A stretch of DNA of 51,539 bases from positions 1 through 51,539 of IMG/VR virus record IMGVR_UViG_3300025505_000001, one strand, 5' to 3'. Shown here in pieces: positions 25,770-35,734 of this stretch (position 1 is its first letter; every line of letters starts with the position of its first letter). This stretch comes from a virus. Taxonomy: Duplodnaviria > Caudoviricetes. A program made the translations under genes and the position numbers. Below the pieces are notes generated by a model. The model was not told the DNA's origin. It saw only the letters and a program-made list of their open reading frames with translations, and did no database searches.

Positions 25770-26618
25770 ATGGCGCTCGAACCCTCCCTCCTCGGTACCG
25801 CAGACGAATTTGACTTCGAGAGGATTCTCGGAGGCGACCCGGAACCGATTGTTCCCCCAGCACCCAAGACTCCAGACCCCGCTAAGCCCACTTTAGAGTC
25901 CCTTCAATCCGAACTAGCCACGGCCCAAGCGGCTATGGAAAAGTTCAAGGGCCTTGATGGCTTAGACCCCGACGACATCCGGCTGGCAATCGCCAATACC
26001 CGGGCCCAAATCAACCGACCTACCCCGGAACCCCGGGCTGAGGAAAACCGCACTGGCCTAGAGTCTCTGACTCCGGAGCAGATGCAATCCCTCATCGAGA
26101 GCACCGACCAACAGATGAAGACGGGCTCGCCCAGCAAGGTCATGTACGGGGCCCTGGCCCAAGTCGTGACCTCGCTTCGTCAAGAGATGCGGGACCTCAA
26201 CGCTTCCAGCCCTGTCGGAGCCCAAGTCGCCGAGGCCGCTATGCGGGACTTCAAGAAAGAAGCCTCGTCTGACCCCTACACTGGCAAACTCTTTCAGGCG
26301 GGCGAGAAGCGGTTCGACGAACTGATGTCCCAGTATGACCCTAGAGTCCTGGCTACGGCAACCCCCGCTCAACTAACGGCTACTCGGCAGGCTTGTCGGG
26401 AAGCGGCGATTGGCTACGCCTCGACCTTGAGCGTGAGGTCCGCGATGGAGAAACGGGGAAAGGCCGTTATCCCCGGAAGGGTGGCTCCGCACTTGAGCGG
26501 ACGCTCCACAGGAGACTCCTCAGGCTCAGATTCCCAGATGGCCCAACTTATTACCATCCTCGGTAAGGGCTCGCACCTCACCGACGATGAAATCGCTGAA
26601 CTCATCGCGGAGGACTAA
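25770..26618 (+). CDS. Scaffolding protein candidate
   Basis: Helical, charged, between portal and capsid; LTDDEIAE tail. Confidence 0.65.
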   Translation: MALEPSLLGTADEFDFERILGGDPEPIVPPAPKTPDPAKPTLESLQSELATAQAAMEKFKGLDGLDPDDIRLAIANTRAQINRPTPEPRAEENRTGLESLTPEQMQSLIESTDQQMKTGSPSKVMYGALAQVVTSLRQEMRDLNASSPVGAQVAEAAMRDFKKEASSDPYTGKLFQAGEKRFDELMSQYDPRVLATATPAQLTATRQACREAAIGYASTLSVRSAMEKRGKAVIPGRVAPHLSGRSTGDSSGSDSQMAQLITILGKGSHLTDDEIAELIAED

Positions 26619-26623
26619 TCTAG

Positions 26624-27361
26624 ATGCCCCGTACTCGTAAGCAAAAAGGCCCCGGAGATTACCCTCCGATTGTCCCGAAGGGGGCCGACCAGCCCGTTCC
26701 TATCTCTCATGCTACCCCTGCGTCCAACCCTACTCCCCAGACCCTCGATATCCCGCCTCCGAAGGACTACGAGGTCGAGCAAGAGGCCGTCCGGCAGAGC
26801 CAACGAGCCTCAAGGAAGCGTGGACCCCGTATCACCTCCGTCTACGGAAAGCAACGTCCCGCAGAGGAGTACATCGACATCCGGAACGAGTACAAAGACA
26901 ACTGGTTCATGGAATTGGACGACGTAGTCTACAAGGACGAGTATGGCCGCGAACAGACCCGGCCTCACCCCAACATCGCTCGCTTGCTCAAGGACCCGAA
27001 GCCAGGCTTCCACTACGCCTGGCCTGCGGTCACGGGCGAGGGCAACATCGGGATGCGACACCGCCAGAACTACGCCGCCAAGAAGTCAATGGGCATCTAT
27101 GTCCCGGTTCATCGAGACCGCCTCAATGAGGGGGCCGGGGCCGGGCTCATCACCTATGAGGGCCAGGACACCGGGATTTACTGGTTCATGCACCAACTCG
27201 TCGAAGTGTCCCCGGCGGCCTGGAAGAAGTATTTTACGAACCCAGCCAAGGCAGGCTTAGGAATGTTGGCCCGCAGGGAGGAATCGTACCTAGAGGAGGT
27301 CGAACAAGGTTCACAAGGCCTTGCCACCGGGACGCTGGAAAAACACGGAGTTAATCTCTAG
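26624..27361 (+). CDS. Head-module hypothetical protein
   Basis: 245-aa ORF; PKPGFHYAW motif. Confidence 0.7.
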   Translation: MPRTRKQKGPGDYPPIVPKGADQPVPISHATPASNPTPQTLDIPPPKDYEVEQEAVRQSQRASRKRGPRITSVYGKQRPAEEYIDIRNEYKDNWFMELDDVVYKDEYGREQTRPHPNIARLLKDPKPGFHYAWPAVTGEGNIGMRHRQNYAAKKSMGIYVPVHRDRLNEGAGAGLITYEGQDTGIYWFMHQLVEVSPAAWKKYFTNPAKAGLGMLARREESYLEEVEQGSQGLATGTLEKHGVNL

Positions 27362-27395
27362 CGCAGAGGATGGGGGGGCTAAAGAGGATTTCTAA

Positions 27396-28010
27396 ATGGC
27401 CGCTCTCGCCCTCCAACCTCCCAAACTTTATATGCCGGGTCAGGGCAAAGAGCCCGACATTTTCCCTTATGGCATTACGACTGCCGCACTCCCCGCCCCG
27501 AATACGGGCGTGGCTCCTGCCGCTGGCGACCTGACTACCCTCGATAGCGCGGGCAACGCGCAAGCCTCTCTCGGTACAGCCGCCGTCAACTGGACCTCCG
27601 CCGTATCTGGCTTTATCATCGGTATCGCTCAGCACGGCTCTCTCGATATTCCCTACACGGGACAGGGTGGTAACGTCGCCATCACAGAGACGGCGTTGTT
27701 CGGTGCTTCTCCGATGCCTGCTAACTCAGGCGACTTCAATGATGTCCACGTCATCCAAGGCCATAACGGGCAACCCTTCGTCTTCTCGCTCGTAGAGGCT
27801 TGGGCCGCGAACCTCGTCGGCACGACCACCTACATCAAGAAGGATGCCACGACTGGCTTCTGGGTCTTGACTACGACCATCGGTGGTGGCGGAACGAAGG
27901 CCGTCCAGATTACTGGCAAAGTCCTCGGCGTCAACGCAAACGTCGGTACGATTGGTGATACCGGGTCTCTTGTCTACGGTTCGTTCTTACCTGCCGTGTT
28001 GGCAAACTAA
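27396..28010 (+). CDS. Capsid decoration/cement protein candidate
   Basis: G/A/T-rich beta protein directly upstream of the major capsid gene. Confidence 0.6.
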   Translation: MAALALQPPKLYMPGQGKEPDIFPYGITTAALPAPNTGVAPAAGDLTTLDSAGNAQASLGTAAVNWTSAVSGFIIGIAQHGSLDIPYTGQGGNVAITETALFGASPMPANSGDFNDVHVIQGHNGQPFVFSLVEAWAANLVGTTTYIKKDATTGFWVLTTTIGGGGTKAVQITGKVLGVNANVGTIGDTGSLVYGSFLPAVLAN

Positions 28011-28031
28011 TAGGGAGCATAGCAAAAACTA

Positions 28032-29003
28032 ATGCCTAACGTCGCAGGCGCAAGCGGAGTAGTCGGCTCAGATACATTTTTCCAAGCCGCTACGAAGATT
28101 GTCAACAAAACGTATCTCAAGAACCAGATTAAGGCACCGTCTTTCTACCCGAGAATCTTCTCGGTCGTAGGAAACGACAAGAGCCGTGGATTTATGACCT
28201 TCCTCCCCATCGTGGAGTTGGGCCTCTTCCCGGTTCGCCCTGAGTTCGCGGGACCCGCGTTCGATAACCCGGGTGAAGGATTGGCGACGACCTACAACTT
28301 CGTCTGCTACTCTCTTGCGTACAAAATCTCCAAAGAGGGACTCCGTCGAGACCCGATGGGCCTTATCCGAAAGATGCCAGCCATGCTGTCGTTCTCGGAA
28401 CAGGTCACGAAGGACGAGTTGTTCATCCAGATGTTGAACCTCGGCTTCACGAACTTCGCCGGAGGCGGGTACAACCTGGCTGACGGCCAGCCGCTCTTCT
28501 CTTCGAGCCATCCTCTTGGGGGCGGAACGATTGCCCAATACGGCACTCAGTCCAACCTCGTGGGCGCGGCTTCCATCTCGCCCGAGTCTATCAACCAAGT
28601 TGATATTCTCTACCAGACCCTTCTCAGCGACCGTGGGAACCCGTCGTTCCGCACCCCGCGTAAGATGATTGCTCCTCCGCAACAGCGGAAGATTGCCGAG
28701 GAAACTCTCGGCTCGTCTCACGCACCGGACAGCAACGACAACCGAATCAACACGGCCTTCGAAGCGTATGAACTCATCATCTGCCGATACCTCACGTCTA
28801 CGACGGCTTGGTTCGTCACTTCGGCCAACGGCGGAGAGGACCTCGAAACCGATACCCACTCGATGATTGTCTCCTTCCAATGGCAGAATGAGACCACGAC
28901 CTGGAGCGACCCAGGTACGGGCAACTTCAACCAGAAGGCAGAGTTCTGTTGCACCTACGGCCCTGCGGACTTCCGTGGAGCAGTCGGGTCACTGGGAGCA
29001 TAA
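28032..29003 (+). CDS. Major capsid protein (HK97 fold, Mu gpT-like family)
   Basis: 323 aa; LADGQPLFSSSHP, PRKMIAPP, YLTSTTAWF, DFRGAVGS motifs. Confidence 0.9.
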   Translation: MPNVAGASGVVGSDTFFQAATKIVNKTYLKNQIKAPSFYPRIFSVVGNDKSRGFMTFLPIVELGLFPVRPEFAGPAFDNPGEGLATTYNFVCYSLAYKISKEGLRRDPMGLIRKMPAMLSFSEQVTKDELFIQMLNLGFTNFAGGGYNLADGQPLFSSSHPLGGGTIAQYGTQSNLVGAASISPESINQVDILYQTLLSDRGNPSFRTPRKMIAPPQQRKIAEETLGSSHAPDSNDNRINTAFEAYELIICRYLTSTTAWFVTSANGGEDLETDTHSMIVSFQWQNETTTWSDPGTGNFNQKAEFCCTYGPADFRGAVGSLGA

Positions 29004-29531
29004 ATGGCACTCACCGTTCCGAGCAAGACCAAGAACAAAAGCCACGACACCCATTCGGTGCAGTACGACGCGGCCTTTACTCTCCAGTTTGGCAACTTCG
29101 CTACACCGACCGGAGTCATCGCGAGTACGGCTATCCAGGCCCAGTATCTCTTGGGTTACTCCACGAAGATTCTGGCCGTCAAGGTCAACGCTGATTCCAT
29201 CACCAATGCCGCTGGTACCTTCGCCTTCAACGTAGCCGCAGGACTCGTTGCAGAGACGGGCGTCTCGCCCCTCAACGATGCGATTGCAACAGCGGGCCAG
29301 AGCATCTTTGCGGCAGACCAAATCATCGCCGTACAGGTTGCCAACGCTACACAGACCTTCGTTCCAGACCAACCGGACGCAATCTGGCTGGGCGGAACGC
29401 GGCTGACTCTACGATTCACGGTCGGAGCCGGAGGCTCAGGAGCGAACGTCACCGTAGCCTTGCTCTGCAAGACCTGGGACAACAAGGGTTCAATCAGCGT
29501 ACCAATCAACTTCGCGACAGACCTGGCATAA
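29004..29531 (+). CDS. Virion structural protein
   Basis: Beta-rich ORF after the capsid gene. Confidence 0.65.
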   Translation: MALTVPSKTKNKSHDTHSVQYDAAFTLQFGNFATPTGVIASTAIQAQYLLGYSTKILAVKVNADSITNAAGTFAFNVAAGLVAETGVSPLNDAIATAGQSIFAADQIIAVQVANATQTFVPDQPDAIWLGGTRLTLRFTVGAGGSGANVTVALLCKTWDNKGSISVPINFATDLA

Positions 29532-29534
29532 CCG

Positions 29535-30020
29535 ATGGGTCGTGCAAGTGGCGCAGGGGTACTCCGAGTCCCGAATACAGGGCCCCTGTATCTACTCAAG
29601 CAGGTCGCAACGAACGTCACCATCGGAGGTGCCGTTCAGCCCGTCGTGCTGATGAAGGACGCTCGGGGCTTTAGCCACTGGACGTTCCAACTTGACCCCG
29701 AAGGAACGACGGTCAATGCTACCATCAACGTCTACGGCTCCAACGACATACGTCTTTGGGGTGGACCGCTTCGGACGACAATGCAGAGTGGTGGAACTGG
29801 AAACGCCCTCCAAGATAGCATCGACTCCGGCTTGGCCTTCAGCACCCAAAACATTCCTCCCGCAGGACTGAACGTCGACACCTTAGCGAACTGGACCGTC
29901 AATGGAACGGGTCCGTTCCAGACCATCGTTTTCCTGGGGCCTCTCGTCGGAGTCTATGCTACAATCACTAACTGGGTTAGTGGAACCATCTCAGTAACAG
30001 GAATGGCCGTCCCCTCCTAG
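29535..30020 (+). CDS. Virion structural protein
   Basis: Beta-rich ORF in the head module. Confidence 0.65.
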   Translation: MGRASGAGVLRVPNTGPLYLLKQVATNVTIGGAVQPVVLMKDARGFSHWTFQLDPEGTTVNATINVYGSNDIRLWGGPLRTTMQSGGTGNALQDSIDSGLAFSTQNIPPAGLNVDTLANWTVNGTGPFQTIVFLGPLVGVYATITNWVSGTISVTGMAVPS

Positions 30021-30053
30021 GTCCTCGCCTCGGTGGGCTAGAATAGGAGAGGT

Positions 30054-30866
30054 ATGGCATCCACAAACGTCACCACCGCATACGTCCTGGCTACCCTCCG
30101 TAATGCTCTCGCTGAGCAGAACTCCACAGGCCGTTGGACAGACCCTCTTCTCCTGAACTGGGTTGACCGTGCCCACAAGGCTCTCGTGAAGAGAGTCTTA
30201 TGGCCGTCTACAACGAACTTGATTTCCTTACAAAACGGGATAGCCACTTACGATATGTCAAGTGACACATTCTTTCCGGCTGGGATACCGCTTCGTATCC
30301 TTCGCATTACAGTGGGTGGGCAAGTCTTGGTTCCCACGACAATCGACATCATGGAGGGAACCCAGACCGATACCTTCGATGATTCCTTTACCCCGACGAT
30401 GGGCACCCAATGGGAAGCCCAAACCCCGCAAACCTATCCCGTGATAACGAACTCGGGAGACGGCCCCATTCCCCAAACGATATGGTCCGCGAACAACGGC
30501 CTTCAACGGCCTCGCTACTACATCCAAGGGCCGCTCTTGGGTATCATCCCCACCCCATCGGGGACCCCGCTCGCCCGCATCTGGAATGTTCCCTCTCCGG
30601 TTACGCTGACGAATGGAGCGTCCGAGACCCTGTTGTTCCCCGACATCGCGACGGACTATGTCGTAGCCAAGGCTCTTGAATTCGCCTATAGAAGCGACGG
30701 AGACAACGACACCGCCAACAACCAACGCTCGATTGCCAAAGAAGAAGAGAGCGAAGTTCGAGAATGGATTCAAGGTCTCCAAGGCGACTTCGGAGAGAGG
30801 CCCCACCCCTGGACGTATCGTAACGGTTTCCAAGGCGGAAGACCCTATCAACGTGGGGGCTGGTAA
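30054..30866 (+). CDS. Head-tail adaptor protein
   Basis: RWTDPLLLNWVDRAH; LGIIPTP; YVVAKALEFAY pattern of podovirus adaptors. Confidence 0.75.
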   Translation: MASTNVTTAYVLATLRNALAEQNSTGRWTDPLLLNWVDRAHKALVKRVLWPSTTNLISLQNGIATYDMSSDTFFPAGIPLRILRITVGGQVLVPTTIDIMEGTQTDTFDDSFTPTMGTQWEAQTPQTYPVITNSGDGPIPQTIWSANNGLQRPRYYIQGPLLGIIPTPSGTPLARIWNVPSPVTLTNGASETLLFPDIATDYVVAKALEFAYRSDGDNDTANNQRSIAKEEESEVREWIQGLQGDFGERPHPWTYRNGFQGGRPYQRGGW

Positions 30867-32782
30867 TGGCTAGTCGTACCCGCCAATCGGAACTTTCTGA
30901 TAATCAACTGCTTCTCCAGATAGGTCCGGTCGTTGGCGTCGACAACACGACCGACCCCTTTCTGCTGGATGAGCAAAGTCGCCCCATTAATGCTAGTGTC
31001 GTTGACATGTCGAACTTCGTTCCCAATAGGACGTATGGGTCCTTGACGACCGGGCAGGGGCGAACTGCCGCCTTGGCGAGTGCCATCCCCAACTGCTCGC
31101 AAGTCCTGGCTATTACGAGGTTCTTCACCGGGACGGGAACTCCGAAACTTCTGTTCGCAATCAAGACGACGGGCAACCAACTGGCCGTCTACAAGGCCGT
31201 ACCCGCAGGAGCCCCCGCACTACTCTTCTCGATAGGAACTGGAGGATTGCCCCCGACTAGAGCGCGGTTTGAAATCTACCAGAATAATTGCTATCTGTCC
31301 TACGGCCCCACGAACGGTGGATTCTCGGGGACAGGACCTCTTCGGATTGATACTTCCTTAGTCCAAAACAACTGGCAAATCGGCGCTCCCCTCAATGTCC
31401 TAGTCTTCCCCGTTCAAACGGGCGGGGGAAACCTAACGGGGGACTACTACTGGCGCTACACGTTCTCCAGCGCCGAACAAGAATCCAGCCCGACTGATTT
31501 CTTGGGAGCCGTCACGTTCGCTGGACAGTTCGCGGCTCTTACACTTCCGACCGCCTCAGCCGACCCACAAGTTTTACACATCAATATATACCGAATGGGA
31601 GGCTCCTCGTCCTCCTGGCTTCAGGTCGCCCAAGTTGCAAACGGGACGGCCACTTTCAACGACAACGTAGCCGACAACAAAATCGGAAATGGGACTCCGC
31701 TAGGCAACACTGGACAGACCCTTGTCGTCCATCGTGACGTACCTCCGTCCTTCAGGGACATGGAGATTTTCCAGGAGAGGCTTTGGGGCTGGACCGATAG
31801 CGTCGACAACGGTGGTATTCCTCCGGGGACCCCCTCGTCCCAATCGTCCTTATGGCAATCCAATCAGTTCGAATCTTGGGGATTCGACAACGTCGATAAC
31901 ATCGAACCTATCTCCGATAACCCAGGCTCTGCCAACACCAACCCCCCTGGAGACGTCGGCATAGCCCTGGCAAAAGTTGGCGGCATGATGGTCGCCTTCA
32001 AACTCAAGAGCACCTGGGCCGTTATCGGTAGTTCTCCGGAAGACACGACGTATCAGCGGCTGTTTGATATCGGTTGCATCTCGACGACCGCCGTCACCAA
32101 GGGTGGCGGGGGGCTGGTCTTCTGGCTCTCCAAGCAAGGTGGGTTCTCGTTCGACGGGACCGACGCTCCTTCAGAGACGACTAAAGACATCAAGACATTC
32201 ATCGACTCTCTAGCGGTGGCCGACTTCCAGGCCGCCGTGGGATTCTTCAGGGACCAGATTTGGTACCTCAGTTTTCCTAATCAGGGAGTGACTTGGGGTT
32301 ACCTCCTCAAAACTCAGAAGTGGCATAAACTCCCGTATGCCCTAGACGCGGTGTACTTCGATGCTGAGACCTTCGAAGTATTCGGTAGCGTTCCGGGCAC
32401 AGGCACCATAAACTCCTGGTTTCAAGCCGAGACGGACCTCGGCAATCCAATCGTCTCGACCTTGACTAGCAAAATCGAAGATAGCGGAAATCCCGAATTC
32501 GCTAAGGACTACAACTTCCTTCTCATCGAGGCTCCTGTTCAAACGGGCACTCTCTCCGTCACGATTGCTCCAGACCCTGGGAGGGCTGGCGGGCCCGCGT
32601 CCACAACACTCAACGTCGATTTGTCCTTGGGGCCGAGACAACTTCTGTCCTTGCCATCGACAATGGTCGGGACCTCGGTTCAACTTAGCCTCTCGATGAC
32701 CTCGTCCGCCAAGACAACGATTAGCAAGGTCCGTCTCTACGGTACTATCAAGAGAGAGTTCATCGGAGTGGGGCCAGGCTAA
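30866..32782 (+). CDS. Tail nozzle / stabilisation protein (P22 gp10- or T7 gp12-like)
   Basis: 638-aa beta-propeller-like; FQERLW, DIGCIS, VFWLSKQG motifs; follows the adaptor. Confidence 0.8.
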   Translation: MASRTRQSELSDNQLLLQIGPVVGVDNTTDPFLLDEQSRPINASVVDMSNFVPNRTYGSLTTGQGRTAALASAIPNCSQVLAITRFFTGTGTPKLLFAIKTTGNQLAVYKAVPAGAPALLFSIGTGGLPPTRARFEIYQNNCYLSYGPTNGGFSGTGPLRIDTSLVQNNWQIGAPLNVLVFPVQTGGGNLTGDYYWRYTFSSAEQESSPTDFLGAVTFAGQFAALTLPTASADPQVLHINIYRMGGSSSSWLQVAQVANGTATFNDNVADNKIGNGTPLGNTGQTLVVHRDVPPSFRDMEIFQERLWGWTDSVDNGGIPPGTPSSQSSLWQSNQFESWGFDNVDNIEPISDNPGSANTNPPGDVGIALAKVGGMMVAFKLKSTWAVIGSSPEDTTYQRLFDIGCISTTAVTKGGGGLVFWLSKQGGFSFDGTDAPSETTKDIKTFIDSLAVADFQAAVGFFRDQIWYLSFPNQGVTWGYLLKTQKWHKLPYALDAVYFDAETFEVFGSVPGTGTINSWFQAETDLGNPIVSTLTSKIEDSGNPEFAKDYNFLLIEAPVQTGTLSVTIAPDPGRAGGPASTTLNVDLSLGPRQLLSLPSTMVGTSVQLSLSMTSSAKTTISKVRLYGTIKREFIGVGPG

Positions 32783-33348
32783 TGGCAATTCTTCCTCATA
32801 TCGAGAACCCGCCTCCCGGAAGAAGTCTTCGTATCTGGACTCCTGGAAAGGGCTGGACGACAGCAAACGTCTCGGGCTTCGCCACGAATCCTACGGTTGC
32901 CGGGAACCAACCTCAGCCTCGTCCCGTCATTGGGAACGACGTGCAGACCGTGACCATCCATATTGCGGCCATCGCGGGTAGTTCAGGACAGCAGTTTACG
33001 GGGAGTGTCACGTTCCCTAACATTCCTCCGTTCAAGCCCAATCATCAGGACCAGGCTCTCTTTCATGTCTACCCAGTTCATCATCCTCAACTCCCGGCTG
33101 GCGTTGCCTACCAGGGGTTGGAGATACGCCCCAGGGCTTCTCAGAACTTGGGCGGTCCGTCGCTGACGGGAGGCTTTACCAGCCCGAGCGCCCCGTTGGA
33201 CCTTGTGGGGGGGCTATCCCCCGGGATAACATACCAGGGATTTTCTGCTGATATCATAGTTACAGGGCTAAACACACAACTTGTCAACTCCATAGGAACA
33301 GACGTGGTCTTCGTTTTTGGGGCCCACATCATCAACCGAACAGGTTAG
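32782..33348 (+). CDS. Tail-associated hypothetical protein
   Basis: TAATG-coupled to the nozzle gene. Confidence 0.65.
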   Translation: MAILPHIENPPPGRSLRIWTPGKGWTTANVSGFATNPTVAGNQPQPRPVIGNDVQTVTIHIAAIAGSSGQQFTGSVTFPNIPPFKPNHQDQALFHVYPVHHPQLPAGVAYQGLEIRPRASQNLGGPSLTGGFTSPSAPLDLVGGLSPGITYQGFSADIIVTGLNTQLVNSIGTDVVFVFGAHIINRTG

Positions 33349-33377
33349 CCGCTCCTTCGGAGCGAAGAGAAGGAAAT

Positions 33378-33677
33378 ATGAACCCGCAACTTCTGATGAT
33401 GCTGATGCAGAACCCACAACTCTTGAGGATGCTCATGCAGCATTTTCAAGGTATGGGAGGCATGGGACGCTTGGGCACAGACATGGGTCAACCCGTCACG
33501 ATGGGCGGCAACCCTCCCAAAGCCGGAGGTATCCCCGAGATGGGTGGTCCCTTCGGACTCCTCGGAGGCCACCAAGGCTTCCTCGGCGGAGACAACAGAT
33601 TGAACAGCCTAACCAAGGGCGGCTCTAAGGGCCTCGGTATGTCAGGTCCCTTCCCCGGCCAGATTGGGGCATACTAA
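33378..33677 (+). CDS. Gly/Met-rich low-complexity protein (ejection-protein candidate)
   Basis: AAGGA RBS; NPQLLxMLMQ duplicated. Confidence 0.65.
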   Translation: MNPQLLMMLMQNPQLLRMLMQHFQGMGGMGRLGTDMGQPVTMGGNPPKAGGIPEMGGPFGLLGGHQGFLGGDNRLNSLTKGGSKGLGMSGPFPGQIGAY

Positions 33678-34348
33678 TGGACCCGGAGACTATTGCGGCT
33701 ATCGTCTCAGCCCTCGGCGGTATCCTCGGACAGGGCCAGCAGAACCGTGAGATAAACGCGGCTGAGGGCGGCCTCAACTATTGGGACCAGCGCATCACTC
33801 AGTTCCTCTCCTATATCAACTCGCCCAAGTTCCTCAACACCATCACTGGCCCCCTCAACCAGCAGTCTGACCTCGCCTTGAAGGACGTGATGAACAAAAT
33901 GGGCGGGGGCATCGTCAACCCTCAGGGCATGATTAACGACTGGCGCGACAAGGCGGCGAGCAACGACGTAACCGCCATAGACTCAGCCAAGTCCTGGATT
34001 GCCTCGACGACTGGCTCTATGGAGCAAAATCAAGCGGGGCAGTACCAGCAGTTGCTCAACACCATCATGGGTCAGGGTAGTCCCCTCGCCGCAGGATTGA
34101 TGGGCGTAGCCAACTCTGGAGCGCTAGAGAAACTCTTCGGCAAGAAGCCCGGCGCAACGGGCGACCCCTCCGGGATGGGGACGAATACCCCGCCGATTGC
34201 TCCTTACAATCCGGCTCCGTCTTTGCCACCCTTCGGGTCTGTCGGGCTTCCGGCGGTCAACCCGACAGCCGTGGGCGGAAGCGGATACTTCGGCGGCGGC
34301 AACGGATACGCAGGGTCGAACTACCCCAACTACTCGACGGCGGCTTAA
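33677..34348 (+). CDS. Internal virion (ejection) protein candidate
   Basis: MDPETIAAIVSALGGILG hydrophobic Gly/Ala start typical of ejection proteins. Confidence 0.7.
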   Translation: MDPETIAAIVSALGGILGQGQQNREINAAEGGLNYWDQRITQFLSYINSPKFLNTITGPLNQQSDLALKDVMNKMGGGIVNPQGMINDWRDKAASNDVTAIDSAKSWIASTTGSMEQNQAGQYQQLLNTIMGQGSPLAAGLMGVANSGALEKLFGKKPGATGDPSGMGTNTPPIAPYNPAPSLPPFGSVGLPAVNPTAVGGSGYFGGGNGYAGSNYPNYSTAA

Positions 34349-34351
34349 CTC

Positions 34352-35734
34352 GTGGCTGACTCTACGCCAGAGCAAGCAGGATGGGGCGATGTCTGGAACA
34401 CAATTACCCAGGCTATTAAACACGCCGAAGGCACCGTCGACCACGCCCTTCAAGGGCATCATGTAGACTCCCTCTTCAAGAACTCTGACATCTACGGCCC
34501 CTCTTTGAGAGCGGCCTTGCCTCGGCACACCACGATGGGCCCTCAGCCTTCGGCTGATTACGGGCTGACGGGCCTTCCTGGCCCGAAGGCCAAGGGCTCG
34601 ATACCCGGAGCGGCAGGGCTTCTCGGTGACGCGGCCTCGATGATTCCCGGGGGACCCGGCCCGGAGTTCGAGGCCCCTCGAATCATCGCAAGCACCGAGG
34701 ACTGGCTGAAGCACGTCGCCAATCTGAAGAAGCAGTTGGGCACACGAGACCTTCTCCCGGGCTCAACTGGTTCGATGCAGGCTATCATAAATCACATCTC
34801 TAATACCCGAGACCCGGGTACCAATGTAGGAGGCATGAATGCATTTCTTAGCCAGGCTATGAGACTCGTCAACCAAACTAAAGCCCACATGGAAAACGTC
34901 CTCCGAACAACCCCCAACCGGGCTAGAATCTTGATTGAAGATTTGGAGACGGCCCTCCCCGTGATAGCCAAGACCAAGAAGTCTCTGCCTAAAGTCACGA
35001 CCGCTACAGGAGCCTTCAAACTCCTCCAAAAGGCGGGCTCGGATTTGGACCCGGTCCTTCACGCACAAATTATGGCTAAGAACGCCCTCCTGGGGTCAGT
35101 CGGTAAGGACGCCGCCAAGCAAGGGGCCGCTAATCTGGACTTCGCTCTCGACGAGAGGGCCCGAGCCAAGGCGGCTCTGACAAAGGCAACGGACGCCTCA
35201 GAGTTGGTCCCCTTCATCGAATCGACGCGCCGTGCTCCGTACCCGGGGGGGCAAGAGAATATCCTCGACCCTGAACTGCACGAAGCCTTGCTCAAGAAGT
35301 TTGATTTGCTAAGTGAGGTCGGTGAGCACCAAGGGAAGGCTTTCGCGAAGAACTTAGACAGTGCGCTCCTCACTCGGGCTCGGGCGCTGGAGCACTTGCG
35401 GAAACCTGCAAGCACTCCGGACCAATGGAGGACTGTAAGCGGCAACCTCAAACACTTGGACCCAGATGTCTACAACGCTTGGCGGCAACATGAAGCGATG
35501 GGACATTCCAACAATAATTTCCTGACTCCCGGCGAGTTCTCTCGAAGCCGTAACCCGTTCGAAGCATTCTCGACGACGGAGTGGCCCCCGTATTCTGAAG
35601 AGGCGGGGATAGGGATGCCCAAAGATGTATGGCATCATGGCCTAGAAGAGCGAACTCAAATGGACCTGATGAGACTCCTCCAGCAAATCTCCGCTAAGCA
35701 AGGCCTCAAGGACCTCCCCGGAGGCGGCCTCTAA
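34352..35734 (+). CDS. Internal virion protein candidate
   Basis: 460-aa helical ORF in the ejection module. Confidence 0.65.
   Translation: MADSTPEQAGWGDVWNTITQAIKHAEGTVDHALQGHHVDSLFKNSDIYGPSLRAALPRHTTMGPQPSADYGLTGLPGPKAKGSIPGAAGLLGDAASMIPGGPGPEFEAPRIIASTEDWLKHVANLKKQLGTRDLLPGSTGSMQAIINHISNTRDPGTNVGGMNAFLSQAMRLVNQTKAHMENVLRTTPNRARILIEDLETALPVIAKTKKSLPKVTTATGAFKLLQKAGSDLDPVLHAQIMAKNALLGSVGKDAAKQGAANLDFALDERARAKAALTKATDASELVPFIESTRRAPYPGGQENILDPELHEALLKKFDLLSEVGEHQGKAFAKNLDSALLTRARALEHLRKPASTPDQWRTVSGNLKHLDPDVYNAWRQHEAMGHSNNNFLTPGEFSRSRNPFEAFSTTEWPPYSEEAGIGMPKDVWHHGLEERTQMDLMRLLQQISAKQGLKDLPGGGL

Noticed and set aside
33350-33364. N4-like C-GAA-G triloop hairpin promoters (also near 1683 and 19416)
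   Set aside because: No virion RNA polymerase motifs recognised in the 1392-aa protein; short TTC/TTCG-loop hairpins are common RNA elements.
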